From the NCBI GenBank assembly GCA_040954595.2, contig CM082576.2:4066760-4130759 (forward strand): a stretch of 64,000 nucleotides of DNA. The letters run 5' to 3'. This DNA comes from Balanoglossus misakiensis. Taxonomy: Eukaryota; Animalia; Hemichordata. Of this stretch, positions 11,901 through 24,671 are shown piece after piece. How positions within the stretch are numbered: position 1 is the stretch's first letter; every line of letters starts with the position of its first letter. A program made the translations under genes and the position numbers. The notes beneath the pieces are model-generated. The model saw nothing but the letters and a program-made list of their open reading frames with translations. It searched no databases and had not been told where the DNA came from.

Positions 11901-14900
11901 TTTCGGAAAGTCGAAAAATTGTCATTTGTGGATGATTTTCATGAGCTATAACCCATGATTTTGTCGAAAAATGAAGAAATGTGAAATTTCGGAAAGTCGA
12001 AAAATTGTCATTTGTGGATGATTTTCATGAGCTATAACCCATGATTTTGTCAAAAAATGAAGAAATTTTGAAATTTCGGAAAGTCGAAAAATTGTCATTT
12101 GTGGGTGATTTTCATGAGCTATAACCCATGATTTTGTCGAAAAATGAAGAAATTTTGAAATTTCGTAAAGTCGAAAAATTGTCATTTGTGGATGATTTTC
12201 ATGAGCTATAACCCATGATTTTGTCGAAAAATGAAGAAATTTTGAAATTTCATAAAGTCGAAAAATTGTCATTTGTGGATGATTTTCATGAGCTATAACC
12301 CATGATTTTGTCGAAAAATGAAGAAATTTTGAAATTTCGGAAAGTCGAAAAATTGTCATTTGTGGATGATTTTCATGAGCTATAACCCATGATTTTGTCG
12401 AAAAATGAAGAAATTTTGAAATTTCGGAAAGTCGAAAAATTTTCATTTGTGGATGATTTTCATGAGCTATAACCCATGATTTTGTCGAAAAATGAAGAAA
12501 TTTTGAAATTTCGGAAAGTCGAAAAATTGTCATTTGTGGATGATTTTCATGAGCTATAACCCATGATTTTGTCAAAAAATGAAGAAATTTTGAAATTTCG
12601 GAAAGTCGAAAAATTGTCATTTGTGGGTGATTTTCATGAGCTATAACCCATGATTTTGTCAAAAAATGAAGAAATTTTGAAATTTCGTAAAGTCGAAAAA
12701 TTGTCATTTGTGGATGATTTTCATGAGCTATAACCCATGATTTTGTCGAAAAATGAAGAAATTTTGAAATTTCGTAAAGTCGAAAAATTGTCATTTGTGG
12801 ATGATTTTCATGAGCTATAACCCATGATTATGTCGAAAAATGAAGAAATTTTGAAATTTCGGAAAGTCGAAAAATTGTCATTTGTGGATGATTTTCATGA
12901 GCTATAACCCATGATTTTGTCGAAAAATGAAGAAATTTTGAAATTTCGGAAAGTCGAAAAATTGTCATTTGTGGATGATTTTCATGAGCTATAACCCATG
13001 ATTTTGTCAAAAAATGAAGAAATTTTGAAATTTCGGAAAGTCGAAAAATTGTCATTTGTGGGTGATTTTCATGAGCTATAACCCATGATTTTGTCAAAAA
13101 ATGAAGAAATTTTGAAATTTCGGAAAGTCGAAAAATTGTCATTTGTGGGTGATTTTCATGAGCTATAACCCATGATTTTGCCAAAAAATGAAGAAATTTT
13201 GAAATTTCGGAAAGTCGAAAAATTGTCATTTGTGGGTGATTTTCATGAGCTATAACCCATGATTTTGTCAAAAAATGAAGAAATTTTGAAATTTCGGAAA
13301 GTCGAAAAATTGTCATTTGTGGATGATTTTCATGAGCTATAACCCATGATTTTGTCGAAAAATAAAGAAATTTTGAAATTTCGGAAAGTCGAAAAATTGT
13401 CATTTGTGGATGATTTTCATGAGCTATAACCCATGATTTTGTCAAAAAATGAAGAAATTTTGAAATTTCGGAAAGTCGAAAAAGTGTCATTTGTGGATGA
13501 TTTTCATGAGCTATAACCCATGATTTTGTCGAAAAATAAAGAAATTTTGAAATTTCGGAAAGTCGAAAAATTGTCATTTGTGGATGATTTTCATGAGCTA
13601 TAACCCATGATTTTGTCAAAAAATGAAGAAATTTTGAAATTTCGGAAAGTCGAAAAATTGTCATTTGTGGATGATTTTCATGAGCTATAACCCATGATTT
13701 TGTCAAAAAATGAAGAAATTTTGAAATTTCGGAAAGTCGAAAAATTGTCATTTGTGGATGATTTTCATGAGCTATAACCCATGATTTTGTCAAAAAATGA
13801 AGAAATTTTGAAATTTCGGAAAGTCGAAAAATTGTCATTTGTGGATGATTTTCATGAGCTATAACCCATGATTTTGTCAAAAAATGAAGAAATTTTGAAA
13901 TTTCGGAAAGTCGAAAAATTGTCATTTGTGGATGATTTTCATGAGCTATAACCCATGATTTTGTCGAAAAATGAAGAAATTTTGAAATTTCGGAAAGTCG
14001 AAAAATTGTCATTTGTGGATGATTTTCATGAGCTATAACCCATGATTTTGTCAAAAAATGAAGAAATTTTGAAATTTCGGAAAGTCGAAAAATTGTCATT
14101 TGTGTGTGATTTTCATGAGCTATAACCCATGATTTTGTCGAAAAATGAAGAAATTTTGAAATTTCGTAAAGTCGAAAAATTGTCATTTGTGGATGATTTT
14201 CATGAGCTATAACCCATGATTTTGTCGAAAAATGAAGAAATTTTGAAATTTCGTAAAGTCGAAAAATTGTCATTTGTGGATGATTTTCATGAGCTATAAC
14301 CCATGATTTTGTCGAAAAATGAAGAAATTTTGAAATTTCGTAAAGTCGAAAAATTGTCATTTGTGGATGATTTTCATGAGCTATAACCCATGATTTTGTC
14401 GAAAAATGAAGAAATTTTGAAATTTCGGAAAGTCGAAAAATTGTCATTTGTGGATGATTTTCATGAGCTATAACCCATGATTTTGTCGAAAAATGAAGAA
14501 ATTTTGAAATTTCGGAAAGTCGAAAAATTGTCATTTGTGGATGATTTTCATGAGCTATAACCCATGATTTTGTCGAAAAATGAAGAAATTTTGAAATTTC
14601 GGAAAGTCGAAAAATTGTCATTTGTGGGTGATTTTCATGAGCTATAACCCATGATTTTGTCGAAAAATGAAGAAATTTTGAAATTTCGGAAAGTCGAAAA
14701 ATTGTCATTTGTGGGTGATTTTCATGAGCTATAACCCATGATTTTGTCGAAAAATGAAGAAATTTTGAAATTTCGGAAAGTCGAAAAATTGTCATTTGTG
14801 GGTGATTTTCATGAGCTATAACCCATGATTTTGTCGAAAAATGAAGAAATTTTGAAATTTCGTAAAGTCGAAAAATTGTCATTTGTGGATGATTTTCATG

Positions 14901-17900
14901 AGCTATAACCCATGATTTTGTCGAAAAATGAAGAAATTTTGAAATTTCGGAAAGTCGAAAAATTGTCATTTGTGGATGATTTTCATGAGCTATAACCCAT
15001 GATTTTGTCGAAAAATGAAGAAATTTTGAAATTTCGGAAAGTCGAAAAATTGTCATTTGTGGATGATTTTCATGAGCTATAACCCATGATTTTGTCAAAA
15101 AATGAAGAAATTTTGAAATTTCGGAAAGTCGAAAAATTGTCATTTGTGGATGATTTTCATGAGCTATAACCCATGATTTTGTCGAAAAATGAAGAAATTT
15201 TGAAATTTCGGAAAGTCGAAAAATTGTCATTTGTGGATGATTTTCATGAGCTATAACCCATGATTTTGTCGAAAAATGAAGAAATTTTGAAATTTCGGAA
15301 AGTCGAAAAATTGTCATTTGTGGATGATTTTCATGAGCTATAACCCATGATTTTGTCAAAAAATGAAGAAATTTTGAAATTTCGGAAAGTCGAAAAATTG
15401 TCATTTGTGGATGATTTTCATGAGCTATAACCCATGATTTTGTCGAAAAATGAAGAAATTTTGAAATTTCGGAAAGTCGAAAAATTGTCATTTGTGGATG
15501 ATTTTCATGAGCTATAACCCATGATTTTGTCGAAAAATGAAGAAATTTTGAAATTTCGGAAAGTCGAAAAATTGTCATTTGTGGATGATTTTCATGAGCT
15601 ATAACCCATGATTTTGTCAAAAAATGAAGAAATTTTGAAATTTCGGAAAGTCGAAAAATTGTCATTTGTGGGTGATTTTCATGAGCTATAACCCATGATT
15701 TTGTCAAAAAATGAAGAAATTTTGAAATTTCGGAAAGTCGAAAAATTGTCATTTGTGGGTGATTTTCATGAGCTATAACCCATGATTTTGCCAAAAAATG
15801 AAGAAATTTTGAAATTTCGGAAAGTCGAAAAATTGTCATTTGTGGGTGATTTTCATGAGCTATAACCCATGATTTTGCCAAAAAATGAAGAAATTTTGAA
15901 ATTTCGGAAAGTCGAAAAATTGTCATTTGTGGGTGATTTTCATGAGCTATAACCCATGATTTTGTCGAAAAATGAAGAAATTTTGAAATTTCGGAAAGTC
16001 GAAAAATTTTCATTTGTGGATGATTTTCATGAGCTATAACCCATGATTTTGTCAAAAAATGAAGAAATTTTGAAATTTCGGAAAGTCGAAAAATTTTCAT
16101 TTGTGGATGATTTTCATGAGCTATAACCCATGATTTTGTCAAAAAAATGAAGAAATTTTGAAATTTCGGAAAGTCGAAAAATTGTCATTTGTGGATGATT
16201 TTCATGAGCTATAACCCATGATTTTGTCAAAAAATGAAGAAATTTTAAAATTTCGGAAAGTCGAAAAATTGTCATTTGTGGATGATTTTCATGAGCTATA
16301 ACCCATGATTTTGTCAAAAAATGAAGAAATTTTGAAATTTCGGAAAGTCGAAAAATTGTCATTTGTGGATGATTTTCATGAGCTATAACCCATGATTTTG
16401 TCGAAAAATGAAGAAATTTTGAAATTTCGGAAAGTCGAAAAATTGTCATTTGTGGATGATTTTCATGAGCTATAACCCATGATTTTGTCGAAAAATGAAG
16501 AAATTTTGAAATTTCGGAAAGTCGAAAAATTGTCATTTGTGGATGATTTTCATGAGCTATAACCCATGATTTTGTCGAAAAATGAAGAAATTTTGAAATT
16601 TCGGAAAGTCGAAAAATTGTCATTTGTGGATGATTTTCATGAGCTATAACCCATGATTTTGTCAAAAAATGAAGAAATTTTGAAATTTCGGAAAGTCGAA
16701 AAATTGTCATTTGTGGATGATTTTCATGAGCTATAACCCATGATTTTGTCAAAAAATGAAGAAATTTTGAAATTTCGGAAAGTCGAAAAATTGTCATTTG
16801 TGGATGATTTTCATGAGCTATAACCCATGATTTTGTCAAAAAAATGAAGAAATTTTGAAATTTCGGAAAGTCGAAAAATTGTCATTTGTGGATGATTTTC
16901 ATGAGCTATAACCCATGATTTTGTCAAAAAATGAAGAAATTTTGAAATTTCGGAAAGTCGAAAAATTGTCATTTGTGGATGATTTTCATGAGCTATAACC
17001 CATGATTTTGTCAAAAAATGAAGAAATTTTGAAATTTCGGAAAGTCGAAAAATTGTCATTTGTGGATGATTTTCATGAGCTATAACCCATGATTTTGTCA
17101 AAAAATGAAGAAATTTTGAAATTTCGGAAAGTCGAAAAATTGTCATTTGTGGATGATTTTCATGAGCTATAACCCATGATTTTGTCAAAAAATGAAGAAA
17201 TTTTGAAATTTCGGAAAGTCGAAAAATTGTCATTTGTGGATGATTTTCATGAGCTATAACCCATGATTTTGTCGAAAAATGAAGAAATTTTGAAATTTCG
17301 GAAAGTCGAAAAATTGTCATTTGTGGATGATTTTCATGAGCTATAACCCATGATTTTGTCAAAAAATGAAGAAATTTTGAAATTTCGGAAAGTCGAAAAA
17401 TTGTCATTTGTGGATGATTTTCATGAGCTATAACCCATGATTTTGTCAAAAAAATGAAGAAATTTTGAAATTTCGGAAAGTCGAAAAATTGTCATTTGTG
17501 GATGATTTTCATGAGCTATAACCCATGATTTTGTCAAAAAATGAAGAAATTTTAAAATTTCGGAAAGTCGAAAAATTGTCATTTGTGGATGATTTTCATG
17601 AGCTATAACCCATGATTTTGTCAAAAAATGAAGAAATTTTGAAATTTCGGAAAGTCGAAAAATTGTCATTTGTGGATGATTTTCATGAGCTATAACCCAT
17701 GATTTTGTCGAAAAATGAAGAAATTTTGAAATTTCGGAAAGTCGAAAAATTGTCATTTGTGGATGATTTTCATGAGCTATAACCCATGATTTTGTCGAAA
17801 AATGAAGAAATTTTGAAATTTCGGAAAGTCGAAAAATTGTCATTTGTGGATGATTTTCATGAGCTATAACCCATGATTTTGTCGAAAAATGAAGAAATTT

Positions 17901-19423
17901 TGAAATTTCGGAAAGTCGAAAAATTGTCATTTGTGGATGATTTTCATGAGCTATAACCCATGATTTTGTCGAAAAATGAAGAAATTTTGAAATTTCGGAA
18001 AGTCGAAAAATTGTCATTTGTGGATTATTTTCATGAGCTATAACCCATGATTTTGTCAAAAAAATGAAGAAATTTTGAAATTTCGGAAAGTCGAAAAATT
18101 GTCATTTGTGGATGATTTTCATGAGCTATAACCCATGATTTTGTCAAAAAATGAAGAAATTTTGAAATTTCGGAAAGTCGAAAAATTGTCATTTGTGGAT
18201 GATTTTCATGAGCTATAACCCATGATTTTGTCAAAAAATGAAGAAATTTTGAAATTTCGGAAAGTCGAAAAATTGTCATTTGTGGGTGATTTTCATGAGC
18301 TATAACCCATGATTTTGTCAAAAAATGAAGAAATTTTGAAATTTCGGAAAGTCGAAAAATTGTCATTTGTGGATGATTTTCATGAGCTATAACCCATGAT
18401 TTTGTCAAAAAATGAAGAAATTTTAAAATTTCGGAAAGTCGAAAAATTGTCATTTGTGGATGATTTTCATGAGCTATAACCCATGATTTTGTCAAAAAAT
18501 GAAGAAATTTTGAAATTTCGGAAAGTCGAAAAATTGTCATTTGTGGATGATTTTCATGAGCTATAACCCATGATTTTGTCAAAAAAATGAAGAAATTTTG
18601 AAATTTCGGAAAGTCGAAAAATTGTCATTTGTGGATGATTTTCATGAGCTATAACCCATGATTTTGTCAAAAAATGAAGAAATTTTGAAATTTCGGAAAG
18701 TCGAAAAATTGTCATTTGTGGATGATTTTCATGAGCTATAACCCATGGGATTTGTATCTTCAGGTCAGCTTGGTCGCCATGGGCAGAACAGATCTCTTCC
18801 ATCGAAAGCCATTGAAGTTTGATCCGGACAGATTTACGTCATTAACTGAGACGTAGGTGTAATTGTGTGTTTGAAATCAATGTTACATTGTACTTTGGTA
18901 CATCTCCCATAGCTCGAGTGTTTACCCAGTTTTGAGTATGCCAATGTTTACGGGACAATGTATTGATGGACAAGCTAGAAATGTCATTTGGAGGAAAGTT
19001 ATTCTCTGAATTGGTTATTCTTACACACAGGCAGAAGAGTTCATTTTGTCCGTTCGGCATTGGGCCAAGAAACTGTGTTGGAGAAAACTTAGCGATGGTG
19101 AGTTTTCTAACAATCCTTTCCAACTTTTCTGGGTACATGATACAGATGATTGTGAGGGACAGGTGCTGTCGTTGGTTTTTGTTTTTATATTAAACACTGT
19201 ATTTTATTTTTTGAAATACTGAACCTCGCCAGGCCTCATTAGCAAACTTTCACATTTCTTTCTGCTTCAGATGTCATGCAAGCTCTTGTTGGTTAAACTT
19301 CTATCGGTCTTCAGTTTCAAGTGGGTAAAGGACCAATCGCTGGACGTTTTAGAACACACCACATTGAAGTTAAAAGATAAATGCCAAGTGTTAATCAGCA
19401 AGAAGTCAAAGTCATCCACATGA
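5961..19423 (+). CDS. CYP46A1-like: Cytochrome P450, CYP46A1 (cholesterol 24-hydroxylase)-like, 14 exons
   Basis: Approximate exons: 5961-6097, 6542-6622, 6893-6974, 7192-7350, 7469-7607, 7766-7855, 8020-8177, 8450-8506, 8648-8720, 8970-9054, 9191-9301, 18764-18851, 19031-19097, 19271-19423. Motifs: N-terminal TM helix plus HIPGP, ERFMGNSL, I-helix MAGFECTA, K-helix ETLR, FDPDRF, heme motif FGIGPRNCVG. Motif pattern matches CYP46 as recalled. Confidence 0.9.
7031..7148 (-). repeat. Diverged ~1.3-monomer inverted copy of the 87-bp satellite in CYP intron 3
   Basis: gggttatagcccatgaaaattgtcaaaaaatgacaaatt...tttgcgaa aligns with the reverse complement of the satellite monomer (gggttatagctcatgaaaatcatccacaaatgacaatttttcgactttccgaa). 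tttttggac recurs at an 88-bp spacing (7034 and 7122). Confidence 0.8.
9352..18747. repeat. 87-bp tandem satellite array, ~108 copies, filling CYP intron 11
   Basis: Monomer aaaaatgaagaaattttgaaatttcggaaagtcgaaaaattgtcatttgtggatgattttcatgagctataacccatgattttgtc(g/a) is repeated near-identically. The leftmost 2-3 copies are more diverged. Confidence 0.99.
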
Positions 19424-19522
19424 TAGAAAGATAACGACGAGTGAGACAGTTTCCCCCTTGGACACTTACTGACCAGTGACCCCATCCCTGACAGCAGCCC
19501 GGACTGTTTGGAAAATAGCCTG

Positions 19523-19530
19523 GATGATGG

Positions 19531-19627
<97 letters not shown>
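19523..19627. repeat. (GAT)n microsatellite, ~35 units, downstream of the CYP stop codon
   Basis: Direct reading of the sequence. It produces the poly-S, poly-H, poly-I and poly-M ORF artefacts. Confidence 0.98.
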
Positions 19628-19628
<1 letters not shown>

Positions 19629-20018
19629 CGTAGACCTGCATTTTTTACTTTCTTTGATTCGCAATGAATAACCTCAATTATAGTTATACGAGTTTGAAAG
19701 GTTGGGATAAATCTTCGTATTTTGTAAGAACAAAACTCTCGACCTCCCGCATACCAATTTTCTTCGGCTGGCAACGTACAACTATTCGGCCAAATCTTTA
19801 ATACCTGTGTGACGGTACAGCATCTTTAATTATTTAAAAAGATTATGGATGATCATTCCTCAACATTCAGCAAAATTAGAACAAAGAGTCGAATTATAAG
19901 ATGGTTTACATTTATGCAAGAATTTATTGTAATCTATTTAAACATTTACAAAGCTTTAGCCATAGCTGGCTCATCTGCATCATCACAAGCTTATCTACGA
20001 TACAACTCTGAATGGAGT

Positions 20019-23000
20019 TTATGGCGGCGGGGTCACCGAGGCGATATGAAGGATTCCGGCGATAAGACCGACATAGTTTTCATATGCCGTTGGATAAATC
20101 TGATCCTCTGGCAGCAGGAAGCCATAGGTTCCATCGTCACGCAGTTCGATTGTGTAGGAATAGGGAATGCCACGGTCGCCATATCCCCAGTCTTTACTTC
20201 CTCCGGATGTTTCATCTGAAGAAGACCGGAAGTAGTTATAGTACGACCAAATGACAGAGAACATTATCGTTTGCTCAACTCAGTGATAGCGCGCCACCGA
20301 CTGCAAAGGTTATGATAAATGGTTGGACTAGAATTAAACTTACAGAGTGTCGGGGCGCCAGCACCATACTCATAAAGTGTTCCATAAACTGAGATGATAG
20401 CATCAACTTGAGCTTTCATATGGGCGTCCTGGGAATTAAAAGTGAAAGAAAAGAAAAAAAACGCATTAATAACCCGATAGAAATATTTCATCAACGGAGA
20501 TGGCAACCCAATTTCCAATTCGCCAGCGTAGTTTTTTTTAATGGAAGATATGAGGAAGATTAGTGCTATTATTCTCTTATGCAAAGCGTGTATTCGTGTT
20601 ACTTTATATTAATGTTTTGTTTCCACTCACAACATAAAGCTTCAAATCTTTTTTTTAATCGAGAACCACACACAAGAAGAGTTGTGGATTTTCACATTCG
20701 AACGCCTTTTCCCACCACGAAAATAAGAACGTTTCATTTTCGATCGGCGCGCTTACACTTTCACTATTCTTCGCTATCAAATGACGTCAGACGCGCTCAG
20801 GCGGCAGTTGCGTTCGCATTCAAATTTCCAGATGACGGGCAACTTCAGCAACGTGGACTTACGTGGTGCAGACAAAGACTGTGCAGACGAAATGCAATGA
20901 GGCTGATGAGGCAACATACCCGATACATGTTATGTGTCTGGCGGTTCTAAAGTAAAAACATACTCGGAAAAACTTTTACTGGATGCCGAAATATTGCTTG
21001 CCCGTCATCTGGAAATGACTGCGCCATGGGGCACATTGCCAGATCACGTGATTGATAGTAAAGAATTGCAGCTGCTTTTTTTGTTCTTACCATGATATCG
21101 TAATCTGCCGGCAGGGTCATCGTGTATCCCCATGCAGACAGCATGAGTTGGCTGTAGCTGTGGTAATCGATGAAGAGTCTGAATGTCTGGGTGGCGGACT
21201 GAGCCCTGATGAAATTCACCGTATTTGCAACTTCAATTTCGGAAAGTGGGGACTCGCCGTGGTAGGTATCACTGCAAGGCACCGGGCTGGCACCAGCACC
21301 TGTCGGTGGAGGAGAGTGACAACGCACATTAAAGGTGTTGAGAAACTGCTGAAACACGCATGCACAGAGACCAACTATAGGTCGCCACTTTTTACCAATG
21401 ATTTCGACAAGAATGTGGTAATTTCAAATTACAAACGTCAGCTTACCGCCCCATTCGTAGTCGTAATTTCTGTTGGGATCGGTTCCAATGCAGGCGCTTC
21501 CCGAGTTGAGAGATCTGGTTTTGCGCCACATACGGTCCTAAATCGAATCAAATGGCAATAGTGGTCAATCATGAGCGAACTAGCTGTGCTGACCGACACG
21601 CGTCACTCTAAAGGAAAAGTGGCGGGCACTTATGGTATTTCACTTTAGCATTGTTTATATCAGTGACAGTTACCTAAAAAAAACTAATTCACGTTCAAAA
21701 CGTTCAACACTGAAAGTTCCACATTTACAAGTTAGGTAATTTTACTCACGTCTGTCCATGTGAAAACGTAGCCATCACCATTGTGCACCGGCACGATGTA
21801 CATATCATAGCTCTCCATGATGAAGGTCACATCGGGGTCAGTTCCGTCGGTGTAGTTGGACAGGAACTGCCGAGGCAAAAAATGACAGAAGGCGATGTGA
21901 GAGAATAGGCGGTTAAAAAGTCATTCCCCCCAAGAAAAAAAAACCATATACGACACTCTCAAGTTTCAAGAAACTTTCCTCGTGAATAAAACACTCTCAA
22001 AAAAAAAACATTCCAATGTTGGACAAGAGACCAAACACAAACACGAAGTAACATTGGTGTCATACACACACAAACATTAGAAATGGTTGATGGCTTCCAA
22101 CTTACCGCATTTGTCATCCACATGACTGTAGCCGGGGACACCCACTCACGAGCATGGGTACCTCCATGGAAATACAGGGCGTCCTTAGTTTTTCCGGTAT
22201 CAACTCCAATCTGCAAGATCAAACAGGTTGCTTAAAGTTGACTCGGTGTAATAAATGGAAGAATAGATAAATTACGAAGCGAAAAGCATTTTAATCGTTG
22301 TAGTTCATTTAGCTGCGTTCTGTTGAGTCTTTCTCAGTCTTGTTTATGATTTCATGAAGTTGGCTTGCACGCCTTTCGATATTATTACTATTTGTACGAT
22401 TGTCAATCGTCGGCTTCAATGGAGTGTTACACAGTCAGTGTAAAAAATAACTGTAGCCAAGCTTACTTTGAGCATCATCTGATCTCTTCCCTCGTAAGTC
22501 TTACCGAGGATTTGAGCTGAAGCTAAGGTTGGGTAGGTGGCAACGACACTGTCGACCCAGGCCATGATCTGAATGATGGGGGGAAAAAGACCAGCGCCGT
22601 TACTACTAGATTGCAGCGTGATTCTACAGTCTCTTGCTCATTTGAAATGTTTCGTGGCGATCTTCTTGTCTTACGATCATAGACTGGTGATATTCGACGC
22701 TGTTATTTCAATGTTTCCCTAAAAAAATCATTTCTATATGAACGGTTACACTCATTATGATTTCGAACTATGGTCTTGTCTGCTGAAAGCACATCTCCGT
22801 ATTTACCTCATCGTATGTGTGGTACACGAAGTAATTGAAACCGGGTACATCGATGTTACGGTTGGTGAAAACCCCATCAATCTTTTCCTGGACATCTGGC
22901 ATCCACACTTTGAATGAGATATCGTGGGCCTCGAGATATTCAACCACTGACTGCATCTTCCCAGGAGACACCATCAGGTCACGTGGGAAGTCCCAGAAGT

Positions 23001-23729
23001 TAATCTGCAGCGGAGAAATAACAACGTGGTGCAGGGCACGAACATGCCAAATTTCATAATAAGTTTGGGGGTGGGACATAACATATTAAGCATTGCAATC
23101 ATCATCACCACCATCAGTACCGCAACAACCACCACCGCCACCACCACCACAACCATCACCACCCCATTATCTACGAGCCTGTGAGAACAGTATGAAGGAG
23201 GCGGTACAGCATGTCCAACAAGGCCGGTGGTTGTCTTACCTCGCTCAGTCCATCCAACAACCTCAAGTGCTCGACTTTTTCTTTAGTCAGCCCTTGCATG
23301 CGCAGAACTTTGTAGCTGCAGAGAGTCAAAGCAACGTTCAACAGCGTAAATCGAGGTCATTTACATTATTTTTCCACGTGCACCAAGGTGTGTCATCCAA
23401 CAGCACCGTCCCAGAGAGAGATCGATGAACCATTCTAGTGCAGCCAAAATTGTTTCAATTGTATGAAACGATGTACTGAACACCGATTTTTTTTTTTACA
23501 TCAACATTCGTTGGTGTACGGAGTTTCTTCCCAGTCTGGAAGCCAATCGAGCTCATCAGCAACGTTTGAAACACCAGTCAAATTTCTCATAGCACTAAAC
23601 ATATAAACAGCGTGAGAGGGAAATATCTGCGTTACCCAGAAAAAGGAAAGTTCGAGTCTGGACTCACCCTTCATAACTCTTCGTTGCCAGGCAAGCGGCA
23701 ACGCACAGCGCTAATATGAGGAACCTCAT
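20019..23729 (-). CDS. M14A metallocarboxypeptidase (prepro form), copy 1, Lys at S1' position 255
   Basis: 10 exons. Signal exon [21 protein letters not shown] (ATG at 23729), then pro-domain INFWDFPRD, Zn ligands GGTHAREW and [29 protein letters not shown] and catalytic IELRD. Stop at 20019. Confidence 0.93.
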
Positions 23730-24671
23730 CGTGGACTCCAACAGACAAGAACGATTGCTTGACGAGGAATGACGGAAACAACGAGGCGAGGGTCTGTTTT
23801 AGGGGCGACTGTCAGAAAGAAATGATTAGATGAATTGCTGATACCAGCCTGACTGATGTATTCACATAGGATGTAGTTATCATCATGAAGTTGTACAGTT
23901 ATCAACGTTGGGTTTGACAAAAAATAAGATGAATCGGCAGTTTTATGATAGCTTACACGAGTAGCCGCTGTTGAGGTATGTTGGCAAGGTTTTAATAGAT
24001 GGGTCTGTCAGGAGGATTCGGTAAGACTTTCGATTTACGAACGGGGGAACCTTCACTGGATCTTCAGTAATTTTAAAGAGATTAGTACCATGGAAATTTT
24101 AAACAGACTGCTTTCGCCTGAGAAAACACTTACAGAACAAAATAGTCAGTGCTTCCGTTTTCCATAATTCAACTATTGCGCAAATATGATACCATATCAG
24201 ACATTTGTTAAATGTGTCGCTGCGAACTGTAACTGTAAAATCGTCGAAAAGTAGGCCATGCGTGAAAATTGCGCGGTCGTTAACGTAAATGAAAGTACTT
24301 CATCATTGTTGTTGGTTCAGAGAGACTAATAAAAGGGTAAATCAAGAATTCTGACATAGAATCGTCCAATCAACAAGCACACACATAGTAACACACACGC
24401 ACGCGCGCATACACGCACGCACAATAACACACGTGTAAAAATACCTATCAGGTAGTATCTTATTTTTGAATGTGCATCCGGTGTACGTCTATTTATTTAT
24501 TTTTTTACCATATCTACTGTTAAAATGTTGACAACCTTAACATATACGGGAAAGGGGCAGGTGTCTAAACGATAAACGTGAAGCACAGGTGGAGTAAATA
24601 GGTTCTGAATTTGTTTTGTCTGTGATAACTCGTGGTTCGTGTACAGATATGAACCCCCACAGCTGAAACCA

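Noticed and set aside
9352-18747. CRISPR array
   Set aside because: There are no unique spacers, the monomers are contiguous and near-identical, no cas genes are present, and the context is eukaryotic.
9562-18802. Very long minus-strand ORFs (up to 1104 aa) of a 29-aa repeat, read as a protein-coding gene
   Set aside because: They arise from an 87-bp satellite whose length is divisible by 3. Frameshifting monomer variants break them, and they lie antisense within a P450 intron with no non-repeat coding flanks.
19267-19774. Poly-Ser, poly-His, poly-Ile and poly-Met ORFs
   Set aside because: These are translations of the (GAT)n microsatellite.
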